A stretch of 32,294 nt of DNA. It comes from Candidatus Iainarchaeum sp. (lineage in GTDB: Archaea > Iainarchaeota > Iainarchaeia > Iainarchaeales > GCA-2688035). Position numbers and translations under genes: made by a program. Below the pieces are notes generated by a model. It made no database searches, had not been told where the DNA came from, and saw only the letters and a list, made by a program, of their open reading frames with translations. Positions within the stretch are counted from its first letter, which is position 1. Each line of letters begins with the position of its first letter. Of this stretch, positions 7,187 through 16,038 are shown in pieces. The stretch is from NCBI GenBank assembly GCA_026396975.1, contig JAPLVT010000024.1, positions 1 to 32,294 of the forward strand, in the 5' to 3' direction.

Positions 7187-8662
7187 ATGGAAACAAGCAG
7201 GATTGCTGAAAGCCTGAGCGGGATAGAAAGGAAAACACTTGCCGTGCTTGACACGGGGGCGTGGCTTTCGCCTGAGGAAATTGCCGCCAAGGCAGGCATC
7301 CCTGTTGACAGCGCGAGGAGAGCGGTGCAATGGCTGCGGGAAAAAGGGCTTATCGAGCTTGACGAGAAAAAAACAGAAAATTTGCATCTCAGCGCCATGG
7401 GCAAAACAAGCCTGCGCAACGGGCTGCCTGAAAGGCTTTTTGTGGAAGCCCTGCAGGCGCTCGGCGGAAGTGCAAGCCTGGAGCAGCTGAAAAAGAAAAG
7501 CAGCCTTAATTCCCCCGAATTGAATGTCGCGATGGGAATCGCAAAGAAAAATGCATGGGTTTCCGTTAGGAAAGAGGGCGAAGAGATTGCGCTTGAATTT
7601 ACAGGTCTGGAAAAGGATTTGCTCGAGGGGAAATACGCGCTTGAAGCAGCCCTGAAAAAAATTGAATCAAAGCAGAAGATTGCGCCGGAGGAAAACGCCG
7701 CGCTGCAGGAGGCAATGAAGAGGGGCCTGGCTGAAAAAGCCGTTGAAACAGGAAGAAGGGCAAGGCTCAACGCAAGCGGTGAGAAAGCGCTCCAAGCGGC
7801 GGGAAAAGTTGCCGAGAGGGCGTACGATATTCACGCGCCAGTGCCACGGGCTTTCGCGGGAAAAAAACAGCCTTACATGCAGTTCCTTAACCAGGTGAAA
7901 AGGAAACTGGTCGCGCTCGGCTTCCAGGAAATGCCCGAGAGGCTGATAACGCAGGAATTTTATAACTTTGACGTTCTTTTCCAGCCGCAAAACCATCCCG
8001 CGCGGAGCTGGACAGACACATACCAATTGCTGCAGCCGCGGTTAGGGAAACTGCCAGACAAAAAAATCGTGGCAAAAATAAAGGCCGCGCACGAAAACGG
8101 CGGCGGAACAGGCAGCAGGGGATGGGGCTACGCCTGGAGCGAGAGGATCGCAAGCAGGCTGATGCCGAACGCGCACGGCACAACCGCAGATGCAAGGCAG
8201 ATGGTGCAGGGTGTTACAGTGCCGGGAAAATACTTTGTGGTAAACAGGTGCTATCGCCCGGACATTCCGGACGCAACGCACCTTGTGGAATTCAACCAGC
8301 TGGACGGATTCATTGTTGACAAGGAAATAAACTTCAGGCACCTGCTCGGCATTCTTGCGCAGGTTGCTGTGGAGTTCGGCGGCGCCGAAGAGGTCAAGTT
8401 CACCCCCGATTATTACCCTTTCACGGAACCGAGCGTGCAGCTTAGCGCGAAACACCCGCTACTCGGGTGGATAGAGCTCGCGGGAGCCGGGGTTTTCAGA
8501 CCGGAAATAACGCAGGCGCTTGGGATAAAGGCACGCGCAATAGCGTGGGGCGTTGGCATCGACAGGCTCGCTGCATTCAGGCTTGGAATTAGCGATATCA
8601 GGTATTTGTTCGCGAAAGACCTCAACTGGCTGCGGGAAGCGAAAAGCCAGGCGGTTGATTGA
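7187..8662 (+). CDS. pheS: Phenylalanine--tRNA ligase alpha subunit (archaeal/eukaryotic type)
   Basis: 491 aa. N-terminal winged-helix repeats, then a class II core: FQPQNHPARSWTDTY, GTGSRGWGY.W, FVVNRCYRPD..DATHLVEFNQLDG, FTPDYYPFTEPS, and ELAGAGVFRPE. Confidence 0.95.
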   Translation: METSRIAESLSGIERKTLAVLDTGAWLSPEEIAAKAGIPVDSARRAVQWLREKGLIELDEKKTENLHLSAMGKTSLRNGLPERLFVEALQALGGSASLEQLKKKSSLNSPELNVAMGIAKKNAWVSVRKEGEEIALEFTGLEKDLLEGKYALEAALKKIESKQKIAPEENAALQEAMKRGLAEKAVETGRRARLNASGEKALQAAGKVAERAYDIHAPVPRAFAGKKQPYMQFLNQVKRKLVALGFQEMPERLITQEFYNFDVLFQPQNHPARSWTDTYQLLQPRLGKLPDKKIVAKIKAAHENGGGTGSRGWGYAWSERIASRLMPNAHGTTADARQMVQGVTVPGKYFVVNRCYRPDIPDATHLVEFNQLDGFIVDKEINFRHLLGILAQVAVEFGGAEEVKFTPDYYPFTEPSVQLSAKHPLLGWIELAGAGVFRPEITQALGIKARAIAWGVGIDRLAAFRLGISDIRYLFAKDLNWLREAKSQAVD

Positions 8663-8707
8663 ACATGAAATTTACGGAAAGCGGGCAATGGTCGGCGGTG
8701 AAGCGAA

Positions 8708-10354
8708 ATGGCTAATGTAAGCGTCAGCCTTAAGGACCTTTGCGGCTTGGTGGGAAAGAAGATTCCGCAGCGCGAGCTGGCTGATGCGCTGATGTTCGCG
8801 AAAAGCGAAGTGGAAAGCATCAACGGCGACAGCGTTGTCGTGGAAGTGAAGGACAGCAATAGGCCGGATTTGTTGAGCACGGAGGGAATCGCGCGCGAGA
8901 TAAGGAGCAGGCTCACAAGCGAAAGGGGAGTGCCAAAATATAGGGTGCGCAGCAGCGGTGTTTCGCTAATTGTTGACAAGAGCGTTCTTCCCGTAAGGCC
9001 CTGCATTGCAGCGGCAATCGTGCGCAATGTAAAAGTGACTGAAGAATTTTTGGTGCAGATGGTCCAGTTGCAGGAAAAAGTCTGCTTAACATTCGGGAGA
9101 AAAAGGAAAGAGGCCGCAATCGGGCTGTACGACTGGGGCAAGCTAAAGCCGCCGATGCATTATACCGCATACAGGCCGCGCGAAAAACGATTCATCCCGC
9201 TTGAGTACAAAGTGGAAATGGATCTGGAAGAGATTCTGCTCGAGCACCCGAAGGGGAAAGAATTCGCCCAGCTACTGCAGGGGCAGAAAATGTATCCGAT
9301 ACTTGAGGACGACAGGCGCGCTGTAGCCTCAATGCCGCCCATAATAAACTCGCAGCTCACTGGAAAGGTCAGCGAGAAAACACAGGAAGTTCTTGTGGAG
9401 GTGACAGGCTACAGCCAGGAAACAGTCAACACTGCGCTGAACGTCATGGTAAGCGCGCTGGCGGAAAGGGGATTTGATGTTTACAGCGTGCGGGTAAAAT
9501 ACCCGAACAAGGCGGTTGTTACGCCTGATTTCACGCCGAAAAAAATCACGGTCAACGCGCGCGATGTGAACGATTTCAGCGGGCTGCAACTGGGTGAAAA
9601 GGAGATAATTGAACTGCTGCGCAAGGCGCGCTACGACGTGAAACAAAGCGGCGGCAGGCTGCAGTGCAATTATCCCGCATACAGGCAGGACATAATGCAT
9701 CCTGTCGATGTAATCGAGGACGCGCTTGTTTCATACGGCTACAACAAAATAAAGCCTTTGCCGGTAAGGATTGCAACTGGCGGAAAGGAAAGGCAGGAAA
9801 CAGCTCTCGCTGAGGCAGTCAGGGAAGCGTGCATTGGGCTTGGGCTGCAGGAAGTGCTCACTTACACAATGACCTCAAAGCAAAAGCAGGCTGCAATGGT
9901 AGGCCTGGACACGGAGAAAGAGCAGTTTGTTGAAATCGCGAACCCTGTCAGCGAGAACTACGTTGTTTTCAGGAAGCAATTGTTCCCAGAGCTGCTCGAT
10001 TTCCTCGCAGCGAACAAGCACGTGCAGTATCCACAGAATATTTTCGAAATAGGCAAAACACTGCGGTTGGATGGCGCCAGCGAAACAGGCGTCAGGGAAT
10101 GCAACACGCTTTGCGTGGCGCTCTGCGGAAAAGGCGCGGAATTCACCGCAATAAAAAGCATTCTTGGCGCGGTAGCAAGCGCCATGGGCTGGGAATACGG
10201 GTTGCTCGAAACAGCCAACAGCGCTCTCGCGGATGGCAGGGGCGCCCTGGTAAAAATCGCCGGCAAAGAAGGCATTCTGGGAGAAATAAAAAAAGAGGTA
10301 TTGCAGAATTTTGGGTTAGGAATGCCAGTAGCGCTGTTGGAAATAGAAATTTAA
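8708..10354 (+). CDS. pheT: Phenylalanine--tRNA ligase beta subunit (archaeal type)
   Basis: 548 aa immediately downstream of pheS. B3/4-like and B5 regions (SNRPDLLSTEGIAREI, GLYDWGKLKPPMHY, MPPIINS) and a C-terminal class II-like fold (IANPVSENYVVFRKQLFPELL). Confidence 0.93.
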   Translation: MANVSVSLKDLCGLVGKKIPQRELADALMFAKSEVESINGDSVVVEVKDSNRPDLLSTEGIAREIRSRLTSERGVPKYRVRSSGVSLIVDKSVLPVRPCIAAAIVRNVKVTEEFLVQMVQLQEKVCLTFGRKRKEAAIGLYDWGKLKPPMHYTAYRPREKRFIPLEYKVEMDLEEILLEHPKGKEFAQLLQGQKMYPILEDDRRAVASMPPIINSQLTGKVSEKTQEVLVEVTGYSQETVNTALNVMVSALAERGFDVYSVRVKYPNKAVVTPDFTPKKITVNARDVNDFSGLQLGEKEIIELLRKARYDVKQSGGRLQCNYPAYRQDIMHPVDVIEDALVSYGYNKIKPLPVRIATGGKERQETALAEAVREACIGLGLQEVLTYTMTSKQKQAAMVGLDTEKEQFVEIANPVSENYVVFRKQLFPELLDFLAANKHVQYPQNIFEIGKTLRLDGASETGVRECNTLCVALCGKGAEFTAIKSILGAVASAMGWEYGLLETANSALADGRGALVKIAGKEGILGEIKKEVLQNFGLGMPVALLEIEI

Positions 10355-10359
10355 CTCGA

Positions 10360-11775
10360 CTACAACAGCGTTGTCTGGCCCTCGCTGTTTTCCGGAACAT
10401 TATCTGATTGCCCTGCTGGTTCTTCCAGCTCTTCCGTGGGTTCCTCGAATTTCGCAAGTGTTTTCCCGTCCACTGCCTGCAGCGGCTTTCTTTTTGCAAC
10501 GCCGCTCTGGCGAATCGCTGCGGCTTCCTCAAAAACCGACTTGGTTTTTTTGGAATCCGGTTTCGCGCCGAGCAGGAATGCAATTTCCTCCGCTGTAAAA
10601 TCGAATGCTGCCGCCAGGCGCGCAGCCTGCTTTTTGTCCGCGAACAGCATGCGCAGGTACGGAAGGTCCTCAGTGATAACAGTGCTGGTGCTGGAATGCG
10701 TGGCTGCGCCGATTTTCTGCGCTACCTGCTTGCGCAAGTTCCTCGCGCCCTTGTTGCCGCCGAGCCTGCGGAGCAAGCCGGGAAACTGGTAGTGTATCCA
10801 GCCAGGGTATTCATGCTCCCTGCTCAGGGCAACGCCGCTGGTGGCAAGCTCGCCGCTGTAGCGGAGGAAGCCGTAGTGCTGCCTCCTCCCGATTCTGCCC
10901 AAAAAAACATCGGCCCTGCTGAGCCTCTCGAAAGCCGCTGCACTGTCGTTCCCCTTCGTGAAGTGCCTCGGGATGTTCTCGTCAACCCAGAGGAAAAGCA
11001 TCTCATCATCAACTTCTGTCTGCTGCCTCGCACGCCTTATTTCGCCGACAGTGCTGCCTTTGAAGACAGCCTCAATTGTCTTGAAGATGTCGTGCTGCCT
11101 TTCCCTGTAGCCGAGGGATTGCACTGCGGCAAGGTCAATTTTTCCGCATAACACGAGAGTCTGCGCGTCAAGCAACGCGCTCCGCATGTCGCCCGCGCAG
11201 CTTCGCGCGAGCGTTTTCACTGCCTCCGGGTCGAAAGGAACGCCTTCCTTCTGCAGAAGCTCGCAAAGGCGCTTCGCGATGCTCAGGTAATTTATTTTTT
11301 TGAATTGCACAAGCACGCAGGCGCCCCTAAGCGGAAGCATTTTCTGGTCGCCGTAAATGTCGTTGGCTGTCAGAATAAGCGGGTTTTTCGACTCTTTCAG
11401 GATTTTTGCCATTGCCCCTGCGCCGCCCCTGTCGGCGTTTCCCTGCAAGCCATCGACCTCGTCAAGAAGCACGAGCCTGAGCGTGCCGCCGAGCGATGCG
11501 CCCTGCGATGCAGCGCCCGCAACGCGCTCTATTACATCCTTTGTCCTGAAATCGCTGGCGTTCATTTCGAACAGCAGCCAGCCCATGAATTTCGCGAGCA
11601 TTGTTGCGAGGCAGGTCTTGCCTGTTCCCGGGGAACCGTAAAGCAGCAGCGGCTGCTGCGGCTTCCCGCTCTGCCATTTCTCGGCCCATGCACGCACAAA
11701 GTCCGCTGCTTCGGAATTGCCCACGAACTCGCTGAAGTCCTTGGGAAAAAAGCGGTCTGTCCACAGTTCGCTCAT
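10360..11775 (-). CDS. rfcL: Replication factor C large subunit
   Basis: MSELWTDRFFPKDFSEFVGN..., Walker A LLLYGSPGTGKTCLA, Walker B LVLLDEVDGL, sensor region LILTANDIY, and an acidic C-terminal tail. Typical archaeal RfcL length (471 aa). Confidence 0.9.
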   Translation of the reverse strand: MSELWTDRFFPKDFSEFVGNSEAADFVRAWAEKWQSGKPQQPLLLYGSPGTGKTCLATMLAKFMGWLLFEMNASDFRTKDVIERVAGAASQGASLGGTLRLVLLDEVDGLQGNADRGGAGAMAKILKESKNPLILTANDIYGDQKMLPLRGACVLVQFKKINYLSIAKRLCELLQKEGVPFDPEAVKTLARSCAGDMRSALLDAQTLVLCGKIDLAAVQSLGYRERQHDIFKTIEAVFKGSTVGEIRRARQQTEVDDEMLFLWVDENIPRHFTKGNDSAAAFERLSRADVFLGRIGRRQHYGFLRYSGELATSGVALSREHEYPGWIHYQFPGLLRRLGGNKGARNLRKQVAQKIGAATHSSTSTVITEDLPYLRMLFADKKQAARLAAAFDFTAEEIAFLLGAKPDSKKTKSVFEEAAAIRQSGVAKRKPLQAVDGKTLAKFEEPTEELEEPAGQSDNVPENSEGQTTLL

Positions 11776-11866
11776 GCCCTACCTGCGCCTCCTCTTTGCA
11801 GGGCGCCTCTGCAACCTTATAATTTCCGACATTCCAAAGACCAGTAAAATCTTCCTTCCAATTAGG

Positions 11867-11880
11867 TTTTTATTATAATT
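11867..11880 (+). promoter_or_regulatory. TATA-like box for the GTPase gene
   Basis: TTTTTATTATAATT is centred about 27 nt upstream of ATG 11901, implying a leaderless transcript. A second box (TTATAATTTCC, about 11815-11825) could serve the divergent rfcL. Confidence 0.45.
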
Positions 11881-11900
11881 ACAGCCCAAGATTTTTCCTT

Positions 11901-13085
11901 ATGCAGATTGGTGTTGTCGGGAAAACAAACACTGGCAAGAGCACTTTTTTCAGCGCGGCGACAATGGTTGCCGCGGAAATCGGCAACAGGCCTTTTGTTA
12001 CCATAAAGCCGAACCAGGGAACAGCCTATGTGACTGCCCCCTGCGTGCACGTGCAGATGGGAAAGCAGTGCATGCCGCAGAACAGCAGGTGCGAGGCAGG
12101 CGTGCGGCTTATTCCGATAACGCTGCTTGATGTAGCGGGGCTTATTGAAGGCGCCTGGCAGGGAAAAGGCCTCGGCAACATGTTCCTGAACGATTTGATG
12201 CAGGCAAGCGCACTGGTGCACGTGCTTGACTGCAGCGGCACAACGGACGCCGAGGGAAATCCAGCAAAGGGCTATGACCCCGCGAAGGATGTTCTTTTTC
12301 TGGAGAAAGAAATCGATTACTGGATAAGGGGCATACTGCAGAAGAACTGGGCGAAAATAAGCAAAACAGCGGCTGCAAGCGAAAAGCCCTGGGAAGCGCT
12401 TGCACAGCCGCTGAGCGGCCTTGGAATGAGCGAAGCCGATGTGAAGAGCGTTTTCGAGAAAGGCTCTTTCAGCGGCAAGCCAAGCCAGTGGAGCGAGGAA
12501 GAGCAACTGGATTTTGCGGAAATGGTGCGCGGGCAGAGCAAGCCAATGCTGATCGCATGCAACAAGATGGACCTGCCGGGCGCGAAAGAGAATCTCGGGC
12601 GCCTGCAGAAACAGTTCCCCGAAAAGATTTTTGTCCCGTGCTGCGCGGAAGCAGAGCTCACGCTCAGGAAAGCCGCAAAAGCCGGGTTGATAGAATACAC
12701 GCCAGGCGCAAAAGAATTCAAAGTGCTCGGCAATCTTGACGAAAGGCAGAGGCACGCGCTGGAATTCATACAAACGCATGTCCTTGACGCCTTCGGCAGC
12801 ACAGGAGTGCAGCAGGCGATAAACCGCACTGCCTTCGAGCTGCTGAAACTTATTTTGGTTTACCCCGTGGAAGACCAGCACAAATTGGTTGACAGCAAGG
12901 GAAACGTGCTGCCGAGCGCCTATCTGCTGAGGCAGGGGGCAACAGCCCTCGACCTCGCGGCAAAAGTCCACAGCAGCTTTGCGGAAAGGTTTGTCGCGGC
13001 AATAGACTGCAAAACAGGGCAAAAAATAGGGAAAGAGCACGCGCTGCGCGACAACGACGTGGTCAAAATACAGCTGCACAACTAG
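11901..13085 (+). CDS. OBG-HflX-like GTPase of the YchF/Ygr210 type with a C-terminal TGS domain
   Basis: G1 GVVGKTNTGKST, G3 LLDVAGLI, G4 ACNKMD, and a C-terminal TGS-like end (GKEHALRDNDVVKIQL). Confidence 0.88.
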   Translation: MQIGVVGKTNTGKSTFFSAATMVAAEIGNRPFVTIKPNQGTAYVTAPCVHVQMGKQCMPQNSRCEAGVRLIPITLLDVAGLIEGAWQGKGLGNMFLNDLMQASALVHVLDCSGTTDAEGNPAKGYDPAKDVLFLEKEIDYWIRGILQKNWAKISKTAAASEKPWEALAQPLSGLGMSEADVKSVFEKGSFSGKPSQWSEEEQLDFAEMVRGQSKPMLIACNKMDLPGAKENLGRLQKQFPEKIFVPCCAEAELTLRKAAKAGLIEYTPGAKEFKVLGNLDERQRHALEFIQTHVLDAFGSTGVQQAINRTAFELLKLILVYPVEDQHKLVDSKGNVLPSAYLLRQGATALDLAAKVHSSFAERFVAAIDCKTGQKIGKEHALRDNDVVKIQLHN

Positions 13086-13125
13086 GGGCAAAAAAACCGC
13101 GGAAAATTAAGCCCGCGCCAAGCGC

Positions 13126-13175
13126 AAAAAAAAAAGCTGCGAAAAAAAGAACATCGCATTAGTTGCAAAAAAAAA
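13126..13175 (-). terminator. Multiple oligo-T tracts (minus strand) downstream of 13217..13498
   Basis: The minus strand shows T9 (13167-13175), T7 (13142-13148) and T10 (13126-13135) after the stop at 13217. Confidence 0.45.
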
Positions 13176-13216
13176 GCGGTTTGCGATAAGGGCTAAAATT
13201 AGGCTGGCAGCATTGC

Positions 13217-13498
13217 TTATTCCGTCTTTGTCTCTTCAACAGTTGTTACTGTTTTTGTGCGCACTAAATTTGGCACAAGCTCGTGCGGGTTTTCTGTTTC
13301 AAGGCGCTTTTCCACCTCAAGCACCCTGCGCAGCAGCGCGCTCTTTTCCTTCTCCGCGCAGCGAAGCCTTGAGAGCGCATAGTAGTGGGTGTTGATTACT
13401 TCGTCAAGCGTAAGGCGCCTTTTCACGCCGATTCTTGCGATTTCCTCAAAATAAATCCTGACAATCTTTGCCGCAACCTCTTCATCGGTCAGACGCAT
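13217..13498 (-). CDS. Small protein (93 aa) paralogous to the C-terminal domain of 13489..14652
   Basis: EEVAAKIVRIYFEEIARIGVKRRLTLDEVINTHYYALSRL aligns with EELVLNLLDIYFTEVIRHGLKRSLTLDEIINAYFYALLRV. Its ATG overlaps the upstream stop by 10 nt (ATGCGTCTGA). Confidence 0.65.
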   Translation of the reverse strand: MRLTDEEVAAKIVRIYFEEIARIGVKRRLTLDEVINTHYYALSRLRCAEKEKSALLRRVLEVEKRLETENPHELVPNLVRTKTVTTVEETKTE

Positions 13499-14652
13499 GT
13501 CTTGTCACTCCTGAAATTTTCCTTGCGGATAACGCCCTTGTTAATTATTTTCTCAATCTCTTGCAGCTCGATGCCCTTTCTCTCGACCCTCAAAAGCGCG
13601 TAGAAATAAGCGTTGATTATTTCATCCAGGGTTAGGCTTCTCTTCAAGCCGTGCCTGATAACCTCTGTGAAATAAATGTCCAAAAGATTCAGGACAAGCT
13701 CTTCATCACCGAAACCCCGCACGCCGGCTGATTCGGAGACAACCCGCTCGGAAAAAACCTTCTTAAGCGCTTTCCTCCCAGCGGCTGTTTTCCCCTTCTG
13801 CACCTCTTCCACAAGAGCAGCGAGACCTCCGGGAAAAACCTCTTTCTCGACAATGACAGGCTTCTCGACAAACCTGCTCTCAAAAACACTTCTCGAAGTA
13901 GCCTGGGGCTGCACAACAACGGGCTGCTGGGAAGCAGCGCTGCGCACAAGCCTCCTTGAAACAACCCTTCTCCGCACAGTTCTCTTCCTGCGCACTCTTT
14001 TCCTGCGCGGCTTTCTCCTAACAAGCCTTCTGCGCCTAACAACGCGCCTGCGCATAACCCTGCGCTTCCTGCGCTGCTTTCTCCTTACAGGCCTTCTCCT
14101 TGCCGCCTTTCTCTTGGCCCTGACTTTTTTCGCAGCGCGCTTTACTTTTCTTTTCTTAGCAGGAATTCTCCTGATAATGATTTTGCGCTTAATAATGACC
14201 TTGGGGGCTTTCTTCACCCTGCGCCTGCGCTTGGGCGGGTTCTTCAGCCTGTTCCAGGCCCTGATTGCCTGCTTCATTGTCTTGCCCTGCTTCAATTGCA
14301 TTGAAATGAAAACATTGTAGGAGGTGCGCTTCTTGTTCTTCTCCGCCGCCTCTCTCTTCCCCTTGTTCCAGAGGCGCACTGACTGCTTGAAGGTAAGGCC
14401 CCTCATTATCTGCGCCCTCATAAAGCGGTTGTAATCGCTAAGGCTCACCTTCTTCCTTTTCTTGGCAAGCATTTCAATCTCTTTCTTAAGCAGCTCCAAT
14501 TCCCTGCCGTGCGCCGCGGTCTTCCTATTGACACGCTGCGCAAGCGCGACCTCTTTTTTAAGGCCCTTTTTCAGGGAGCGAATGTCCTTCTTCACGGTCT
14601 TCGCGGTCCTTACAACGGGCTTTTTCCGCGCATTCTTTTTCTTGACAGCCAA
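13489..14652 (-). CDS. Extremely basic Lys/Arg-rich protein (387 aa): candidate nucleic-acid-binding or chromatin protein
   Basis: TTG start. Two 28-aa repeats (SDYNRFMRAQIMRGLTFKQSVRLWNKGK and TSYNVFISMQLKQGKTMKQAIRAWNRLK). An Arg/Lys tract of about 95 aa (aa 141-237). C-terminal domain shared with 13217..13498. Confidence 0.65.
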   Translation of the reverse strand: MAVKKKNARKKPVVRTAKTVKKDIRSLKKGLKKEVALAQRVNRKTAAHGRELELLKKEIEMLAKKRKKVSLSDYNRFMRAQIMRGLTFKQSVRLWNKGKREAAEKNKKRTSYNVFISMQLKQGKTMKQAIRAWNRLKNPPKRRRRVKKAPKVIIKRKIIIRRIPAKKRKVKRAAKKVRAKRKAARRRPVRRKQRRKRRVMRRRVVRRRRLVRRKPRRKRVRRKRTVRRRVVSRRLVRSAASQQPVVVQPQATSRSVFESRFVEKPVIVEKEVFPGGLAALVEEVQKGKTAAGRKALKKVFSERVVSESAGVRGFGDEELVLNLLDIYFTEVIRHGLKRSLTLDEIINAYFYALLRVERKGIELQEIEKIINKGVIRKENFRSDKTCV

Positions 14653-14688
14653 AACAATTCACTTCTTTTAATTAATCTGTTATATCAA

Positions 14689-15849
14689 CTAATTCCTACT
14701 TTCCTTTTTAATTGTTTCGCTTTCCCGCCCAGCCGTGCCCTCCAACTTGGCTTTTGGAAAAGCAAGGGAAATCATCACAGTGCGCCCTTTTGCGCCCTTT
14801 ATGGCTTCCTCACAGTTGATGAGGCGCATCCGCTCTAGCTTTGCCCTCAGAGTCCTGAACTGGCGCTGGGTGACAGGCTTTTTAACAGACTTTGCGTAAG
14901 CCCCATAAAGGTCGCCGCTGGCAATCTGCGAATTCGCGGGAACAGCGCGCAGTATAGCCAGTTCGTCAGCACTGAGGAAACCAATGCTCTTCTGCAGAAC
15001 AGCCGCGTCAATCTGCGGAAAGACCTTGCGAAGGTGCGCCACCAAAACCTTTTCCGCGTTTTCCTTCTCCGCCTGCCTCCCTGCCTTCAAAAGGCATTCT
15101 ATCGCAATCCGGGCGTCGCCGCCGAATTTCGCGGCATGCGCGGCCGCGACATTAATAACGTCAGCATCAAGCGCGTTGGAATGGAAGGCGTACTGCACTC
15201 TCTCCTTAAGGATGTCCTTGAGCTGCTGCGGAGTGTACTGCTCAAAGCAGACAGTCTGCTCGCCAAGGCTGCTTCGCACTCTCGCGTCAAGCCTTGCCGT
15301 GAACTCCTGCTGGTTGCTGATGAAAATAAGCCCGAAAGCGCCCCTCTGCTGCTCGCCCCCTCTCAGCAGGTCGTAAAACAGCCTGTCGGCTTCGCCCTGG
15401 TGCAGCAGCTGGTCGGCCTCGTCAAGCACTATTACAGGCACAAAGCCTGTTTTGCGCAAAACAGCGTTCAGCTGGGAGTAAGCCTCATCAGTGCCGATGC
15501 CCCTGCGCGGAGTGGGTGCGCCAAGAAAGTTCGCAATCTGAGTAAGAATAGCGTGGCGCGTGTTGAACTGGAAGCAGTTGATGTAAAGCCCTTTTGCCCT
15601 GTCGCTGTACTGCTGCAGCTCGTTCAGGACAAAGCGCACTGTAGCGGTTTTTCCGGTTCCGCTTTTCCCGTAAACAAAAACATTCTGCGGCTTCTTGCCC
15701 TGCAGCACGGGCTGCAGCGAGAAAACAAGCGCGTCAACCTCGGCATCCCTATGTGGCAGGCGCTCCGGCACAAACTCCGGGTAAAGGAAACGCTCGTCCT
15801 TGAACAAATCATGCGACTTTTTCGCCTTCGCAAAAATATTTTCGGGCAT
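14689..15849 (-). CDS. orc1: Orc1/Cdc6 replication initiator
   Basis: FLYPEFVPERLPHRDAEVDAL, Walker A VFVYGKSGTGKTATV, Walker B VIVLDEADQL, and a C-terminal winged helix. ATG 15849 (MPENIF...) is preferred over the 53-codon upstream extension in the track ORF (to 16008). Confidence 0.9.
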   Translation of the reverse strand: MPENIFAKAKKSHDLFKDERFLYPEFVPERLPHRDAEVDALVFSLQPVLQGKKPQNVFVYGKSGTGKTATVRFVLNELQQYSDRAKGLYINCFQFNTRHAILTQIANFLGAPTPRRGIGTDEAYSQLNAVLRKTGFVPVIVLDEADQLLHQGEADRLFYDLLRGGEQQRGAFGLIFISNQQEFTARLDARVRSSLGEQTVCFEQYTPQQLKDILKERVQYAFHSNALDADVINVAAAHAAKFGGDARIAIECLLKAGRQAEKENAEKVLVAHLRKVFPQIDAAVLQKSIGFLSADELAILRAVPANSQIASGDLYGAYAKSVKKPVTQRQFRTLRAKLERMRLINCEEAIKGAKGRTVMISLAFPKAKLEGTAGRESETIKKESRN

Positions 15850-15928
15850 AAAATGTTTCCCACCGCAAGAAGAAATAATGAACAAATCAATTAAATTACT
15901 ATTCAGCCCCTTAGTTAAACGTCGAAAA

Positions 15929-16038
15929 CATGCCCGCAAAAATGCTTTTTGGGACAGCGGGAATTCCGCGGTCGGGCAGTGGCGGGGGCGGAACATAAAT
16001 GCCAGCAAAAATGCTTTTTGGGACAGCGGGAGTGCCGC
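15929..16038. repeat. Tandem direct repeat (two units of about 41 nt, period 69 nt) in the orc1/nfo divergent intergenic region
   Basis: 15929-15969 cATGCCCGCAAAAATGCTTTTTGGGACAGCGGGAATTCCGC versus 15998-16038 aATGCCAGCAAAAATGCTTTTTGGGACAGCGGGAGTGCCGC, about 38/41 identical. A G-rich spacer (GGCAGTGGCGGGGGCGG) lies between them. Confidence 0.85.

Noticed and set aside
11862-13091. 409-aa ORF antisense to the GTPase gene
   Set aside because: It mirrors the plus-strand gene almost end to end. It has no recognisable motif and a skewed Cys/Arg/Phe-rich composition. The plus strand carries complete G1/G3/G4 GTPase motifs and a TGS domain. Long antisense ORFs are expected in GC-rich coding DNA.
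13942-14232. Degenerate GCGCAGG/CCTGCGC-type nucleotide repeats, considered as a non-coding microsatellite
   Set aside because: The repeats are in frame inside a long ORF flanked by non-repetitive, paralog-supported domains. They most simply encode the Arg/Lys tract.
15034-15894. 286-aa ORF antisense to orc1/cdc6. The same applies to 10408..11151 (antisense to rfcL), 8413..9141 (antisense to pheT) and 7105..7770 (antisense to pheS).
   Set aside because: Each is fully embedded opposite a confidently identified housekeeping gene and has low-complexity composition with no motif. They are treated as shadow ORFs.
15850-16008. 53-codon N-terminal extension of orc1/cdc6 in the track ORF
   Set aside because: The extension (MLAFMFRPRHCPTAEF...) runs through the AT-rich spacer and the repeat units. 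Orc1 homology begins only after Met54 (MPENIF...).
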